A stretch of DNA of 64,000 bases from Azolla caroliniana (taxonomy: Eukaryota; Plantae; Polypodiophyta): positions 16,430,001 through 16,494,000 of the forward strand of contig JBHGNT010000017.1 of NCBI GenBank assembly GCA_043228905.1, written 5' to 3'. Every line of letters starts with the position of its first letter. Position 1 is the stretch's first letter. The translations under genes and the position numbers were made by a program. The notes below the pieces were generated by a model, which saw nothing but the letters and a program-made list of their open reading frames with translations, had not been told where the DNA came from and did no database searches. Positions 24,491 through 38,828 of the stretch are shown piece by piece.

Positions 24491-27400
24491 ATGACCATGA
24501 CTCTGCAGAGCCTCCATCATCGTCTCCATCATGGCCATGGCTATGGCTATGGCCATCGCCAGTCTCCCGCCTTTACCCTCCATCCCCTCGCAGAACCTCC
24601 CCGGCGCACCACCACATCCTTCTTCCCTTCCCTCCTCCGCCATCGCCTCCCCCTATCTGCATCTCCCGGCTCAAAGCTCCTCCACACGGAAACCCCCGCC
24701 TCCCCCTCTCGGAAGAAGCCTGACCTTCCCGCCTCCAACTTTCCTGCGTCACCGCAAAGGACTCTTCGTGGTCGCGGTCGCGGTCGCGGTCATGATCCTT
24801 CTTCCGTCTCTGGCATTTGGAGGCTTCTTAACCTTGAAGTATCCACGGAGAAGGATCTTGGAAAAGGCGATCACTCTATCTCTGAGCCTCTTCTCGATGC
24901 CATTGCTTCTCTTGTTGGATTGCCTGTAAGTGAGAAATTCTCCTTTTTCTCTCATTTCGATTTCTTTTACGTTTCATTAAGCATGCGCGTTAGGTCTAGT
25001 GAAAACATATTTTGAAAGAAAAGGAACGTGGAAGGAGATTAGGTGTCCCTTTGATTTCAAGCAATCTCAGTTTCCGTAAATGAAATGATGTTAGAACTTA
25101 AGAAAACAAGAAGATTCTGGAATTCCTCTCAGAGATTAATCTCTAGACAAGGATTTTGTGGAAATAAAGAAATATAAAAAAGGAGTCAATTTCATGGCTT
25201 TTCCATCATGCAATGGATTAATCTTTTAGGAGACAGGTAGCAGGATATTCAAAATGTCCCTTTTGTTTCACATTCTCGTCATCATCATGCAAGTGATTAA
25301 GCTTTAGAACACAGAATGTTAGAGGGGAAAGAACAATAAGGAATTTCGAAAATTCCCTTCGAAAGTTCAATTTAAGTCCATTCCATCACACAATTGATGA
25401 AACTATAGGAAAAATATAGTTGAAAGAAAAGAAACAAGCTATTATCTGCAAAGCATGATGCCTAATGAGTACTACTACTCGCAAATGTAGGATAGTAAAA
25501 CATCCATCTCCAAGGAAGCAAACCATCACCTCTGATTAGGAATACACCTAACTTGACTTTTAAAGCCTCCATCCTCATACAATATTATTGCAAATAAAAG
25601 TTCATGTTCCATTCCAAATGTATATAGAAAGTTGTTATATATTATTCCATTAGGGATAATGGTCTTAAGTTTAATTTCAGTTGATCCCAGGGTCTAACAA
25701 ACGAAGGGCCCAATCTAAGATATTGTGTGATGGAATACTGATAATGAATGTGTGAGAAATGAAGCATATTCATTTCAAAGAGATGTTCTGACAGTTGAAA
25801 TAAACTTGTTCTCATCAGAGACATTTTTGCAAGATAAATACCTGATCTTTTCTTGAGAATGAGTGCAAAAATATTATTCTCATTGGTATTTACATCTCAA
25901 TCTTTTGATCGCTTTGACTGCAGCCGTGATGTATGTTGTGAAGTTATACCAAGTCGCATGAGTCCTAATTGTATGGAGCATCACATTTAACTTGCATTGA
26001 TAATGCCGTATTCAATACGATGGATATGTGCAATACAGTTGTGATGCGCATTACTAAGCTCACCAGAGACCAAGACTGAAAGTGATATGTTCTCAGCATA
26101 TTTGGCTTTCAAAATCTGAGCATCTTCTTGCAAAGTTAGCTTGAGATTTGCGAGAGCTCTGAAGGCATCATCTCAGCAATTACCAAAAACCAAGTGTACT
26201 GCTAGCTAGCCATGTTACATGTATCTACTAAAGAGGAGGGCCATGGGTCTTTATCCATTTCAGGATTCCTCATACAGGAATATAGAGTCAATACTTCTTT
26301 GATAGAGATGCTATTGCAAGCTGTACATACCGTTGAAAATGGATAGCTGTTAATTGATTTAAGTATTGTACTTCATACATCCAACAAAATCTGAAAAGGC
26401 TATCTTTTTGATGTGCAGAAATCAACTCTTCCAGTTACAGCTCTATCAATTGTTCGAAAGTCATTTGATGCTCGTAAAGTTGTTAACAGGGTTAAGGTTG
26501 GTCCCTATTACATCACCTTTCAAATATCGATGTTGCAATATCAATTTTGGTTGGGTGAAAGGGAGATCTTTTGCATTTTCTATTCATTTTATGGAAACCA
26601 AAAATACTGGAATGCCTGAAGTTGATAGTTTATGCTTTGACAATCACTAGTGTTCTTATTTAACTGGAACTCAAAATTTTGCAAAATATCAGTGGTGTCT
26701 CTGGAAGGACATGCTGACAACATACATAACAATTTCATATACTTTCATTTTAACTAATCTGGAAATGCTAAAATTTAGGATGGCATAATTAAGTATTGCA
26801 CATCTACTCTACAAATAATGGGTGGCATTTTGGCAAATGCAATGAACACGAGGCACCTTTTGGCACAAACCCTGAAAAAGAGTTTCTTTTTGACACTTCC
26901 CTGTTTCTTTCTGACAAAAAATATTTATGTAGTGGTGCCTGAATCATCAACCTAAAGGTGGGAGCCATATTTGGGGCTGGTCATATAATACTAGGATGAT
27001 TGGCTTAATATGAATTTGCATTTAGATATTTCAAATGCTACATTTGGCACAAATGGGCCTGATTAGTTTTTATGATTGCTTCTTTCAGAGTACAGAAGGT
27101 CCTAAATTTGTGTACATAGTTGATCTAAATCTGGATCAGCTCGATCTATCATCTGCACAACAGAAAAAACTTATTTCCCATCTGCAGAAAAAACCTGGGA
27201 AAGCAGAATTTCTGGCTAATTATGTAGGTTCAACTGATGTAACTGGGCTTGTCAAGGATTTGCAAAATGCGCATGGAGAATGCGTGTTAAAGAATGGAGA
27301 AAGGAAAGACTCAGATGCAAGAGTGAAGATAAAAAGATCTGCAAAAGTTACAGTTGTTGGGAGTGGGCCAGCCGGCCTGTTTGCGGCCCTTGTTTTAGCA

Positions 27401-30400
27401 GAGTGTGGTGCAAATGTAACTTTGCTAGAGCAAGGCCAGCCTGTAGAGAGGAGGGGCCAGGATATCGGAGGGCTGATGGTTAGGAGGTTGCTGAACCCTG
27501 AGAGCAATTTCTGCTTCGGTGAGGTATTATATTTCTTAACAAGCTGAGATGTTAACTCGTAGCAAAAACAGCATTCTCATAGTTTATGATTCCTGGAATG
27601 TTGCAGGGTGGAGCAGGTACTTGGAGTGATGGAAAGCTCACAACTCGAATAGGAAGAAATGGAAAGAGTGTAAGAACGGTAAGATTAAAAGGAAAGAAAA
27701 TAGCTTTGACTGATACCATATGGTTTTTTTGTTCATAGTCACAAATCTACCATTTGGACACTGATCAGCAGAACGATGTACGACAGGACTTCACTGAATA
27801 TTGAGTGATGCTCTGGAACATGTGTAAGACAGTAGATTAAAAGGAAAGAAAATAGCTTTGACTGATAGCATAGGAACTTTTTGTTTATGTAGAGGAATCT
27901 TTTCTTGGACACGGCTGGCATGCGTGGAAGTGATATATAGCATGAGTTCACCCAAAATTGATTGATGCTATGAAAGGAAAGTAGGAACATTACGATTTAA
28001 AGGAAAGAGAATAGCTTCAATGGATAGTATGGGAATTTTGTGTTTATGGACATTAATCTACTCTGGCAAACTGTCGACACAAATAATTTATATCATGACT
28101 TCACCCAAATTTGGTTGATGCTATGCGTAGTGGTTTATCATAATCCTTTTTACATATTTTGAGGTCAACATGAAAATGCAAAATGATTGTATATATGGTT
28201 TGCTTGTGGTTAATAATGGTCATTGCCAATATGAAACTACGAAAATATCATGGTACCCTGAACGAAGGCGTGAAAGACATCTGTTTTGTTGCCTGGAATT
28301 CCAAAATCCTCCTTGCAATAGTGAATTCTACTTTTTGAAACCAATGCATAGGAGCTTAAATACATCCAGCCATCCTGATTGTGCTCATTGTCAGGAGGTA
28401 GTAGCCATTGAAGCTTACATGTGGTAGCTAGCACTGACCTTGTTGTGTGAAGTATTGCAATCCTACAATCAGATAATAGGGAACATTATTTTCAATGAAT
28501 GGAAAAATGCAGAACTTATGTTTCATTTGTTTACCTTATAGTTTCATGTTTCATGTATAGTCTGCCAAACTCTGTAATATTATGAATGCATACGATATAT
28601 CCGTCCTTTTGCATGTCTAGATATTTTATGGCAGATTTGGCATTTTTAAGAGAACCCAACAAATTGTAATACCTCTTGAAATGGAGATTTCTCTCCCATG
28701 CCTAGATATTGGTGGAAGATTGGGCATTTTTAAGGGAGCCCAACAAATTATAATTCCTTTCAAAGGGGAAATTCCTCTACTAATTGAGATTTGTAAGGTG
28801 AAATGAAGGTGAAGCTGAGTATTGATCCTAAGGTTTTGAATGAAAACATGGAATCTCTACCTTGAGGACAAAGGATCCTTAATAGTTAATTCTGACAGAG
28901 TGATTGGCATGGCTATTATATAATCCATGGTAAATAGTCCTTTTTTTGACTCATTTAAAGATGATAAGCATAAATAAATAAGAGGCTTATTTATATGATG
29001 TCCATACCACATCGTGCATTCATTACTGATTTTGTGAAACCGTTTTTGTATTTATTTTGAATGAACTAAGAATTTGAATCCATGGAACTCAAAAATGCTG
29101 ACTGTTTCTTGTGATACTCCATATCCTCAAGGATGTGATACCATGGAAATTGTGAAACCAAGAATTTTGTTTTGAGACATGATCAATGTGTCATAAGTTT
29201 CTGATTAATGGAGCGAGTTTGATTTCATTGAATAATCTCTGAACAATATAAATGTCATTTTGTGATGCCCAGGTTCTGGATGTTGTATCTATGAATTTAG
29301 GCTTATTAACAGATATTTGTCTTTGAAGAATGGGAGAACTCTGTGAGTCTTTGCATGTGCTAGACTAGGTCATCTTATTGCATATAAGAAGCTGCCGTAG
29401 ATGCCTGAGGCTTGATTATATGAAAGTATTTTTCAACTGATTTATTGCATAACTTTTATGAACCAGGTATTGGAGACACTTGTTACGTTTGGTGCACCAT
29501 CTCATATAATGGTTGATGGCAAGCCGCATCTTGGAACTGATAAGCTTGTTAAAGTCTTGCGTCAGTTTCGGAGTTATTTGCAGTCCTTGGGGGTATGTAT
29601 ACTAGTTTTGATAACTGGTAGATGGTTATTGTAATGGTGTATTATTTCAAAGGCAAATGAACTTCACTTTATATCATGTGATTGATTGACATGTTTCTAT
29701 TTGCAATTCATGTTGATTAGGTTGACATAAGGTTTGGAACCAAAATGGTTGATTTACTTGTGGAAGGAAGCCACGTTTCTGGCATTAGTGTCACTAAGTC
29801 TAACTATCAGGATTTGGGCTCGGAGAAACTTATTTCAGATGCAGTTGTACTTGCAGTGGGTCATTCTGCTCGTGATGTTTACAGTAAACTGCTTGACCAC
29901 AATATTACTCTGACTCCTAAAGACTTTTCTGTAAGATATCTTATTCTTTTATATAGCTGCTATATGACAAAACATATGTTCAGACTTGCTGCTGGGTAGC
30001 TCTGGGAATACAAAATGAATCCACCAAATAAACTTAACAGGCACTATTTAGAATATCCTAAGTGGATTTACCTATCAATCAATGTGTGTGAGTTGTGGCA
30101 AAGTACAATTATCGTATCATTGGTAAGTCCTGAGATTAGATCAATCATAATTTATCTTTTATTTTCTATTATCGTGCAGAATTCCAGTGATGATATCTGT
30201 GAACACAAATTATTTCTCATTTGGCAGATGATAGTCTTAATCTCTTTTATTGTATGACCCAGAAGAATCCATCTAGAGAAAATTAAGAAAATTTGGGCAT
30301 GAATCCATCTAGAGGGAACTAAGAACAGGGCATGCCAGAGGTAGACGGCCCTTGCCTCAAATTCTATGAGCTCAAGAAATAGACTTGAAGAAGGTACCAG

Positions 30401-33400
30401 CTGCAGGGAGGACATTTAGACCAGTCGTCAGATCCATTGCCATTTGTCTGTGATGTTTTGCTCTTTTCATCGTGTAATGTCATCCATTCACCATAAGTTT
30501 AGCATTGGGATATCCCTATATGGAAAATTTGGGTATGAGTCCATCTAGAGGGAACTAAGAACAGGGTATGCCAGGGGTAGAGGGCCCTTGCCTCAAATTC
30601 TATGAGCTCAAGAAATAGACTTGAAGAAGGTACCAGCAGCAGGGAGGACATTTAGACCAGTCATCAGATCCATTGCCATTTGTCTGTGATGTTTTGCTCT
30701 TTTCATCATGTAATGTCATCCATTCACCATAAGTTTAGCATTGGGATATCCCTATATGGAATCTTATATAAGGGCTTATGAGATGGATGATAATTTAAGT
30801 GTTGTACTACTCAAATGTCCACCCAGAAGGGTGAGCACACATATGTGCTTTATTTTCACATAGAGAGTTTTTACTGTGGAAATAGTAACCCCCTTTCTTA
30901 GGAAGAAGTCGCGTACAAGATGATACGTTGATTTGGTTCCATATGTCAAATTTGGCCCCATCATGGACGATAAAAAATCTAGTCTACTGTATTATATATA
31001 AAAAGTGTTGTATAGAGGGTTTTGATGGGTGTAACCCCCTTTCTTAGAAAGAAGTCGCGTACAAGATACGTTGATTTGGTTCCATATGTCAAATTTGGCC
31101 GTTTAAGAGAATATGCTGTTTACTTCTCATTTGTTACTTCTGTAGTATCCTTACCTTGCGTAAAAAAATGTGCAATTCAGGTTGGCTTTCGCATTGAGCA
31201 TCCACAAGACCTTATCAATGAAATTCAGGCAGGTGTCAAATTGTGCAATATTTATCATAATGCATATTAACTTTGTGGTTCAGTTAACTCTTGATCTTAT
31301 GATTTCTCCAAATAAGAATGATTGCGTTATTCATCTGTTGTGCAGTACAAAAGATGGGCATCAGAGGTGAAAAGAGGCCAGGGAAAAATACCAGTAGCTG
31401 ATTACAAAGTCGCGACAAATATAGGCCAAGGTGTTAATGATATTCATGATAAAAGTAGGCATTACAGTTGCTACTCATTCTGTATGTGCCCTGGGGGACA
31501 GGTGCTTCTGTTAATACCTTTCTCACTTGTTCCAGTTTTTTTCTAAATTTTTACAAGTGCATCACATTTGCACATTTGCAGATTGTCCCAACTAGTACAA
31601 CTACTGCAGAGTTATGTATCAACGGGATGTCCTTTTCGAAGAGGTCTTCTAAGTGGGCAAATGCAGCCCTTGTAATGGCTGTCTCCCCTTCAGACTTGGA
31701 GCCTTTTGTTTCTGAACATGGAGTTTTAGCGGGAGTTGCATTTCAGGTTTGACATGGTTGACTTATTGTAATAGACTCCTTGCATATAGCTATAAGTTCT
31801 GTGCATATTCTGCATATCCTTAAGCAAAAATTTAGGAATTGTTCCTCTACACATTGCCCTCCATAGAAGTCACGTGTCTCACCACATATGATGGTGTTAT
31901 CTGTAGACTGAGAATGATAATTTTACAACGATTATTTCAACCAGTGTCTCTTAGGACTACTACATATAGTTCCTCTATGAAAGAAAACTAAATATTCTGT
32001 GGCTATCTCATGAGGCGAATATCTCTCATGGGAGTAGTGAAGACGTAAGCTAGTGAGAACCAGGTCTGTTGTTGCAGTACAATGTTTCCCAATTGAACTT
32101 CCCTCAAGGAAGTAGTGACTACATAAGCTTGACAGCCTGGAAACAATGTAGAATGGCGTATGGGCACTGCAGATGAGTAGATGGTAGAATTTATAGGGGC
32201 AGCATATCAAGATACAAGGATACAGGGATCATCCATTGATTTTATTGGTCAAGCCTACCCAGATGATTCTTAATCAAGTATGAATGTTGATATTTTTTTC
32301 ATTCCAAGGAATAATGTGCAAGATTTGGAAAGCAGAATGAAAACTGCTTTGGAATTAACTTACTGCAAAAAACATTAGAGCACATTGACTCTTCTTGTAT
32401 GTCAATTTCACAGACTATTTTATGTGATATCAAGTTATAAGCAAGGATATAATCTAAATAATGCTTTATTTGGTGAATCAAAACTCTTGAATATGATACA
32501 AAATAATAATGTCGCTAAACTTAGCATTTAAGTAAAATACTCAATTTGTATCAGCAAGATTAAACAATGTAATGAAAATATTTCTGCTAAGAGAAACTTC
32601 TAATGGATGCATGTAGAAACTACTGGAAAAGGATGCTGCTATCATGGGGGGTGGGGGTTTAGTTGCTCCAGCACAGGTTGTACCGGATTTTCTTGAGAAT
32701 CGCCTATCTGGTAAGATTGTATTGTCATTTTAGAAGTTCTCAGTTATAATATTTTGTTATATACTTTCTCTAAACTGCTGGTTGTTTATTATTTGTTTCT
32801 AGGGAATTCATTACCTTCGTCAAGCTATAGGCTTGGTGTACGAGAAGCCAATCTTCACAATCTTTTCAATGAAAACCTCACTGAGCTATTTAAAACTGCA
32901 ATAGTTAACTTCAACAAGCAGGTAGGGGAGACAATTTCTCTAAAAATTATTGTGCTTCACTGAAAGTATTTCTTACAAGTTTCCATGTTTGCAGCTTCCA
33001 GGCTTCATTGATAGGAGTGCTCTTCTTCATGCTGTTGAGGTGTTGTTTCTGCTATCTCAATTGGTTTATGCTCAAAAACTGTTTAGTGCTAGCATATTAA
33101 CTTTAAAAGAAATTATCTCATGACTTTCCTTGATCTCTATGACAAAAAAGAATCTACCTATGGGCTGCATTGTAGCAACTTAATGTTGAAATGCTGGTTG
33201 AGGCATACATTTTGGGCTTGAAGTTATAAAGTCTGTTCAGGTTCAGGATCTAGTGGGGTCTCTGTTGTGGTGTGTCAATTGGTTTATTTGAAAAAAATTT
33301 GTGTAATCATGGGTGTCATAGTCACTTAACGTTTTAGTAACAGTCTAACGAGTCAGTGATGTAACTTGAGTTTCACATTCTAGAGTTTGGTGTATTCAAC

Positions 33401-33822
33401 ATCTTGTTTCTGATAGATCATGCCAATATTAAGAGTTTTTGGATGACCCCAGATGTTAAGAGTCAGTTTCTATTCCTAACAGTGTTCTAGACTGTAAGTT
33501 GGCGTATAACATATTGACATATTTGTAAGCTATTTGGGAAACCCTCATCAGGATTTCAGGAAGATATCACGACTAATACTTGTGCCTGATAACGCAGACA
33601 AGAACAAGTGCACCTATAAGGATTGATAGAAGCGTGGAAACATTTGAATGCTTATCAGCATCAGGTTTATATCCTGTTGGTGAAGGAGCTGGATATGCAG
33701 GTGGTATAGTAAGTGCTGCTGTTGATGGCATGAATGCTGGTTTATCTTTGGCAGAGCAGTTAGGCTTGTGTAAAGACGTCTTTAAGGAATGGCAGGCAGC
33801 AGAAAAGTTTATGCAATATTGA
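24491..33822 (+). CDS. PDE327: FAD/NAD(P)-binding oxidoreductase, probably plastid-targeted (At4g30720/PDE327-like), ~729 aa. Exons: 24491-24925, 26419-26478, 27089-27523, 27607-27678, 29467-29592, 29721-29930, 31181-31228, 31346-31501, 31582-31746, 32617-32710, 32803-32921, 32995-33039, 33598-33822
   Basis: Ser/Arg/Pro-rich transit-like N-terminus; VRKSFDARK; VTVVGSGPAGLFAAL (Rossmann); FGE|GGAGTWSDGKL; GKPHLGTD; LAVGHSARD; VGFRIEHPQ; YSFCMCPGGQ; ETRTSAP; GLYPVGEGAGYAGGIVSAAVDG. Splice phases give a continuous ORF using one GC donor. Confidence 0.9.
30295..30760. repeat. Intronic tandem duplication, 2 x ~236 bp
   Basis: CCATCTAGAGGGAACTAAGAACAGGG...GGGATATCCCTATATGGAA at ~30305 and ~30541. 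Confidence 0.9.
30772..31100. repeat. Tandem pair of a dispersed repeat (probable DNA-transposon end); partial inverted copy at ~43401-43440
   Basis: GTAACCCCCTTTCTTAG.AAGAAGTCGCGTACAAGA...CATATGTCAAATTTGGCC at 30885 and 31031; GTCAAATTTGGCCCCATCATGGACGATAAAAA matches the reverse complement of 43401-43432. Confidence 0.7.
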
Positions 33823-36624
33823 ATCTATACATGGTTAATCAAATTGATGCTCAACTGAAGTGAAAAAGAGATGTTCCGAGGGATAGAACAGAAACATGAT
33901 GATTGTTACTCTACAAATGAAGAATGCAGATAATGAGATCTTCAAGGACTAGAGGATTAGTGAATTCCCATGTTAAGTATATTCAAACAGGCAAAGGTAT
34001 CCAGTGCAAAGTGTCTTGCAAGGTAATATACATCCTAAAGTTAAGTTTGTTGTTTACTGTTAATGCACACTGCATTTTGATCTTTGCTTGACAATTCCAG
34101 GCTAAGGAAGCTGTAACTGTGATTGCATTATATTTGAAAAAAGTATCAATGAACCTTCCATAATGTGCAGAGAAGAGTATCGATAAACTTTAGTCAAGTG
34201 CAGAAGATGTTACTTGCATCATGAGATTAGCATTCATTTTCAAGGTATATTGGGACGGTACTTCTAGGAATAGGATTCCTCGTTCAGAAAGGTATTGGTA
34301 AAGACAGGTTTATCACATACAGGTATTATGTAGAAATTAATTCAACATTATATCATGTCAAATCAGGGAACATTTATATTCCTCTGTGCCTTATCCTTCC
34401 ATCAAAAGGAAGCAGCTCTCTTGGAACTTCAGGATTTACCTCCATGCTTGGTCTAACACCTTGATAAATCGAATGACGTTTTGCGCATGATTGATGACAT
34501 GGAAGGGTCTGAAAGACAACCATGCGTTGTCAATATGCCTTTGACACCATGCATTTTATTTGCATAACTTTCAAATGAAATATATATCAGCAGTTTATTT
34601 AATACAAAAAGTAAAATGTTTTTTCATGAGGAAAAAATTCCACGACAAATAAAGCCAAAAGGACACTCGAGACAGTAGACTAAATGCAAATATATAAGTG
34701 CTGCTCTGTCTCATTTGAGGGTTTTCTACATGCTTCGTAGCATTTTTTGCTTGTGTTGTACACGTCGATGGAACTGCAGTTTAACCACATACAATTGTAA
34801 ATATTTTTCCTTGCACAAAATCTTAAATGATGCACTTTACCTCAGTGAACGTTATGAATTCTTGCAGTGATTTATCAGCAAACTAAATGAAAAAAAATGT
34901 AAAAATTGCCTTGTCAAATAAGGGTTTCCTACAAGTTTGCAACATATTGTAGATAAGTACATGCAACTATGAATATGTTTTCCTTACCCAAAAACTTGGC
35001 AACCAGGGCTCTTTATTCAATACAGATTAACTATATTAGTTGATACAACCCTCATTTCTACAATAATAGAAATATGTTTAGTGGCACTTACAGAACCTGA
35101 AATGTATAGAAGACTTAATTTATCTATTTGCTTGTTTGATGTGCTTCCCTTTGGATCCAATCTTCAAAAGAGAGAGTTTATGCAGCTCACTTGTCAAAGC
35201 AACTGTACAACGAATATACAAAGAATAACTGTCTCATTGGTCCTAATTTCTTGAGTAAAGATTTAGAAAAAACGTATTGTTATTTGGATAGATGTGATGT
35301 GCCTATCGAGCAATGCCTATTTGCTCTAATTGGGAAGATTTTGGTACTTGAATGGCATGTATTTGTAAGGCCTTTTATTGAAACCAATGGCAAGAAGTTA
35401 CATTCTTCAAGAAATGCCTTATATAATCTCAATTTGATTATTTATGACTCAAGAACATCCCAATTCAAATTTGCATTCTCGGCTTTGATTGCTCCTAAGC
35501 AGTTTAGTGTCTTTATTCTTTGAGAAATTTCATTTTATATTGAAGCTTTCTACCAATATTAGCATTAAAAAAGAACAACTTCTTAGTACTATGTTGTGCA
35601 AGGAACTAATATATGAAAATTTTATATGGCACCTCCATAAAAAGTTCATGTTTTTGTTGTTGTAGGAGTAACCCAATGTTTGACTTAATCACCCAAGACC
35701 ATGTAAGAGCATTATAGGAAAGATTGTCAAGCAATTCACAAGATATTAGAATGTGTACAAAACACTTAAGTAAGCAAGACAACAGAAAATCAAAAAATAT
35801 TCTTCTAGTTGACTTGATTAGCCAATCCTATTAATCTACTTCCCTCTTTCTTAAATACATTGTGTCCTACGCATCTACGGTTTTCTAGATTGACACCTTA
35901 TCGACCCATATGGTTGATTTGCACAATAGCTACTCCTCATTTGGGGCACTATCACAAAATGTGCACTCTAAGAGTACATATGGGGATAGATTTACAACTA
36001 AGTTGGGGTTGATAATTGATTATATCTAACACTCTGTTTGTCCCGATATCATCAAGTAGGAAGCATCTTTCATGATTATTCGTGCTATATAGAAACTTGC
36101 TATATAGTACTCAAAATGCTTCATTTCTTCTCCATACATCAACTAAGGCTCGAAAAAAAAAGTGTATATTGTTAGTTCATTACATTACTTTCAACAAGTT
36201 GATTGATTGTTCTTTCTTGCTGAGATATACTCTCCTTTCTTGAACAACTTATCTATACTAATGAAGTATTGGAATGGCACACTATGAAGTTGTATTTCTA
36301 TGCCCTTGAAACGTATTGGTTTTGGTGGTTGTCTATGTGTATAGTTGAAATAAGTAGGTCTTCTCGGCATGGTGCGGAAAATATTACTACGTTACGGTGT
36401 GTTTTAAGTAGCCAAAATGGCATGTACAAACAAACAAAAGATTGTAGCAATTAAGTAGATTTCAAATGTTGATAATCCGGCAATTGTTCTTTGAGAAATT
36501 CTTGTTCAATACATGGCCTTTTTTTGTTGGGAGCAATTTCGACACTTTTGAAATTATATGTAAATATATGTTCAGATTTTATTGTTGGGATCAAAATCTC
36601 ATTTGCATATCATGTAGCTTCTTC

Positions 36625-38285
36625 TTTTTTTCCAAAAGAAGAATATACTCCATTAGTTAAAATGACATACAAAACACAACTTTAGACATTACCTACTTCC
36701 ATATGGACTACATCACTTATTTATCTTACACTAAATAGCCCACATGTTTGTTCTCCATGTTTGTCGTGTCATTCACGCCCCTCTATCATCTAATGGGAGG
36801 GGAGAACAACCATCTCGGTACTACGTACTGCCATTGTATATCCAGTCCAATTTTTGTAGCCATCAGTGTAGTACACCATCGTTTTCTGAATTTCAGCCTC
36901 ATTAAATCTGAAGCATCATTTGTTCCATCAATCCGCTCATATTGGGCCCTCAATGTAGTTATTAGCATGTGCCATATTAGCCTAATAGATTATGCTGGAG
37001 GTCGTTTGTTTGTTGAAAATACCCTGGTACATCTTGCGGTCCAAATGTTCCATATGATAATGGGTGCTAGCAACATCCATAGATCTACAATTTTCTGCTT
37101 TTGGGCATTACTTCTAGGTGCACCGTTACCAGCGATCACTCGAATAGTTCCATTCTCCCCTCTATACATAGTTGTACATGTGCTATCAAATTTCTCTACG
37201 TCATCATCAAGACAGTTCCAACAAGCATCTCCCCAATTGAGGGTAAATGAGCTAGAGGCATGGCAAAGCAATCGTAATGCCCTTCTCCATACTACCGTAG
37301 CCTCATCACATTCCCAAACAATGGGAAATGCTTTCTAGTTGTCCACATGCACTACATCTTGGGTCTACATTAGGGCCTTTAGCCCACGCCCCTACTGGCA
37401 AGGCTCTATGCACAATAAGCCATAAGCACATCATTATCTTGCAGTCACCGCTGTCATGCCATATCATTTTCCAAAATTTAGCTAATCTCCTTTCACTAAT
37501 GCCCTCTTGTATCCAAAATTTACAAGCTGCAATATCTTGATGTTCTTGTTTTAGGATAATTTGCCTCCCGATTTTCGTGTTGTACCTGAAAAATTGCACC
37601 AACTTGGCACCATCACTTTGACCTTGAGTTTTCCAGAAATACATCGCGGGGTCCCATGATAGCTGATTTGAATGCCCTTCTATCGGCCAACACACTGTCG
37701 TTTGTTTGAGCTCACTCGGTTCGGGGTCAACTATCATAGCCTTTCCATTTTTTGCAAGCAACCTAATCAGCCTTTCAGTTTGATAGGCTGATTGCTCACA
37801 TATTACCCTTCTATGCTCTATTTTATAGTAGCATGCCTCAATAGAGCCGGCTTTCGTTCCCTTAATTCCGATTATATAATTTTCAGCATCGATAAGTCCT
37901 ATCCATTCCATTTCAGAGGGGCTTATGGTTGCATCTTCCAAGATTTGCTCGCTGCGTGCAAAGGCATCTATAATCCTCATTAGCATGCATTTACCCCTAT
38001 TTATCCTCCATATTCTAGCCTTTTGAGTGCCCACATCATTACGTAGAAATCTCTTCCAATCTGTCAATGTATTCCCTTGGGCATTGATTAAATTGGCCCA
38101 TTTGAAACCTGCTTTTTGTCATATCATCAGCCCATCCACATCTCTAATTAATGGGTTCCAAACAATAGGCATGTACATTCGAGCATATGCATCATTTCTC
38201 CACCTACAAACGATTCCCTTTCTTATTCTATTCCATGCCTTCATAATTCCAACAACACAGAGTGAAATAAGGTCACTCAAAGATT
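36625..38285 (-). mobile_element. L1-clade LINE, 5'-truncated (zf-RVT region to poly-A)
   Basis: FWKMIWHD..DCKIMMCLWLIVHRALPVG...CSACGQLESISHCL then IIWNIWTARCTRVFS; poly-T at 36625; frameshift near 37310. Confidence 0.88.
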
Positions 38286-38828
38286 TCTAATTATATCTAC
38301 AAAATACTATGTAACGTTATACATATAGCTCTTTTATGATCTTCATATGTTATATTAGGCTTAGACAAATATTTCTTTTTGCATAGTTTATCTCACAAAT
38401 ATCAATATTCTTGAGATTTTATTTTGTTTAATAAACTTCTCATCTTATAAGCAAAATTTGTTAACCTCTTTGTTAGCGTTGCATTTTTAAGGGAATGGTA
38501 TTGTGTTTTAAAGTCATTTTCTTAGGAACAAGTTGTTAGTTTGCAATCCTAAACCCTAATGTAGAATTGTTTCCATTACTTTCCTCTAGTCTAATGAATT
38601 ATTGTTTATTTTGAAACATCATTTGAACCTTAGCTGTAATGGTGGTTTGATTTGAAATATATTTCATTATATATAGTAAGTTGGTTTTGCATTTTTGTTT
38701 TTGTTGCAAACTATATAATCTAAGGAAAAGGTGCAATAGAAAGAAATGTTGTATTGCCAATAGTGTGATTGATAAGCTTCACATATTGAATCAATCATAT
38801 ATTAATCTCTTCCTCGTTGATAGGAGGA

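Noticed and set aside
27680-28760. Short intronic direct repeats as regulatory elements
   Set aside because: They look like ordinary local duplications (AGATTAAAAGGAAAGAAAATAGCTTTGACTGATA x2-3; ~85-bp pair at 28616/28701) with no sign of function.
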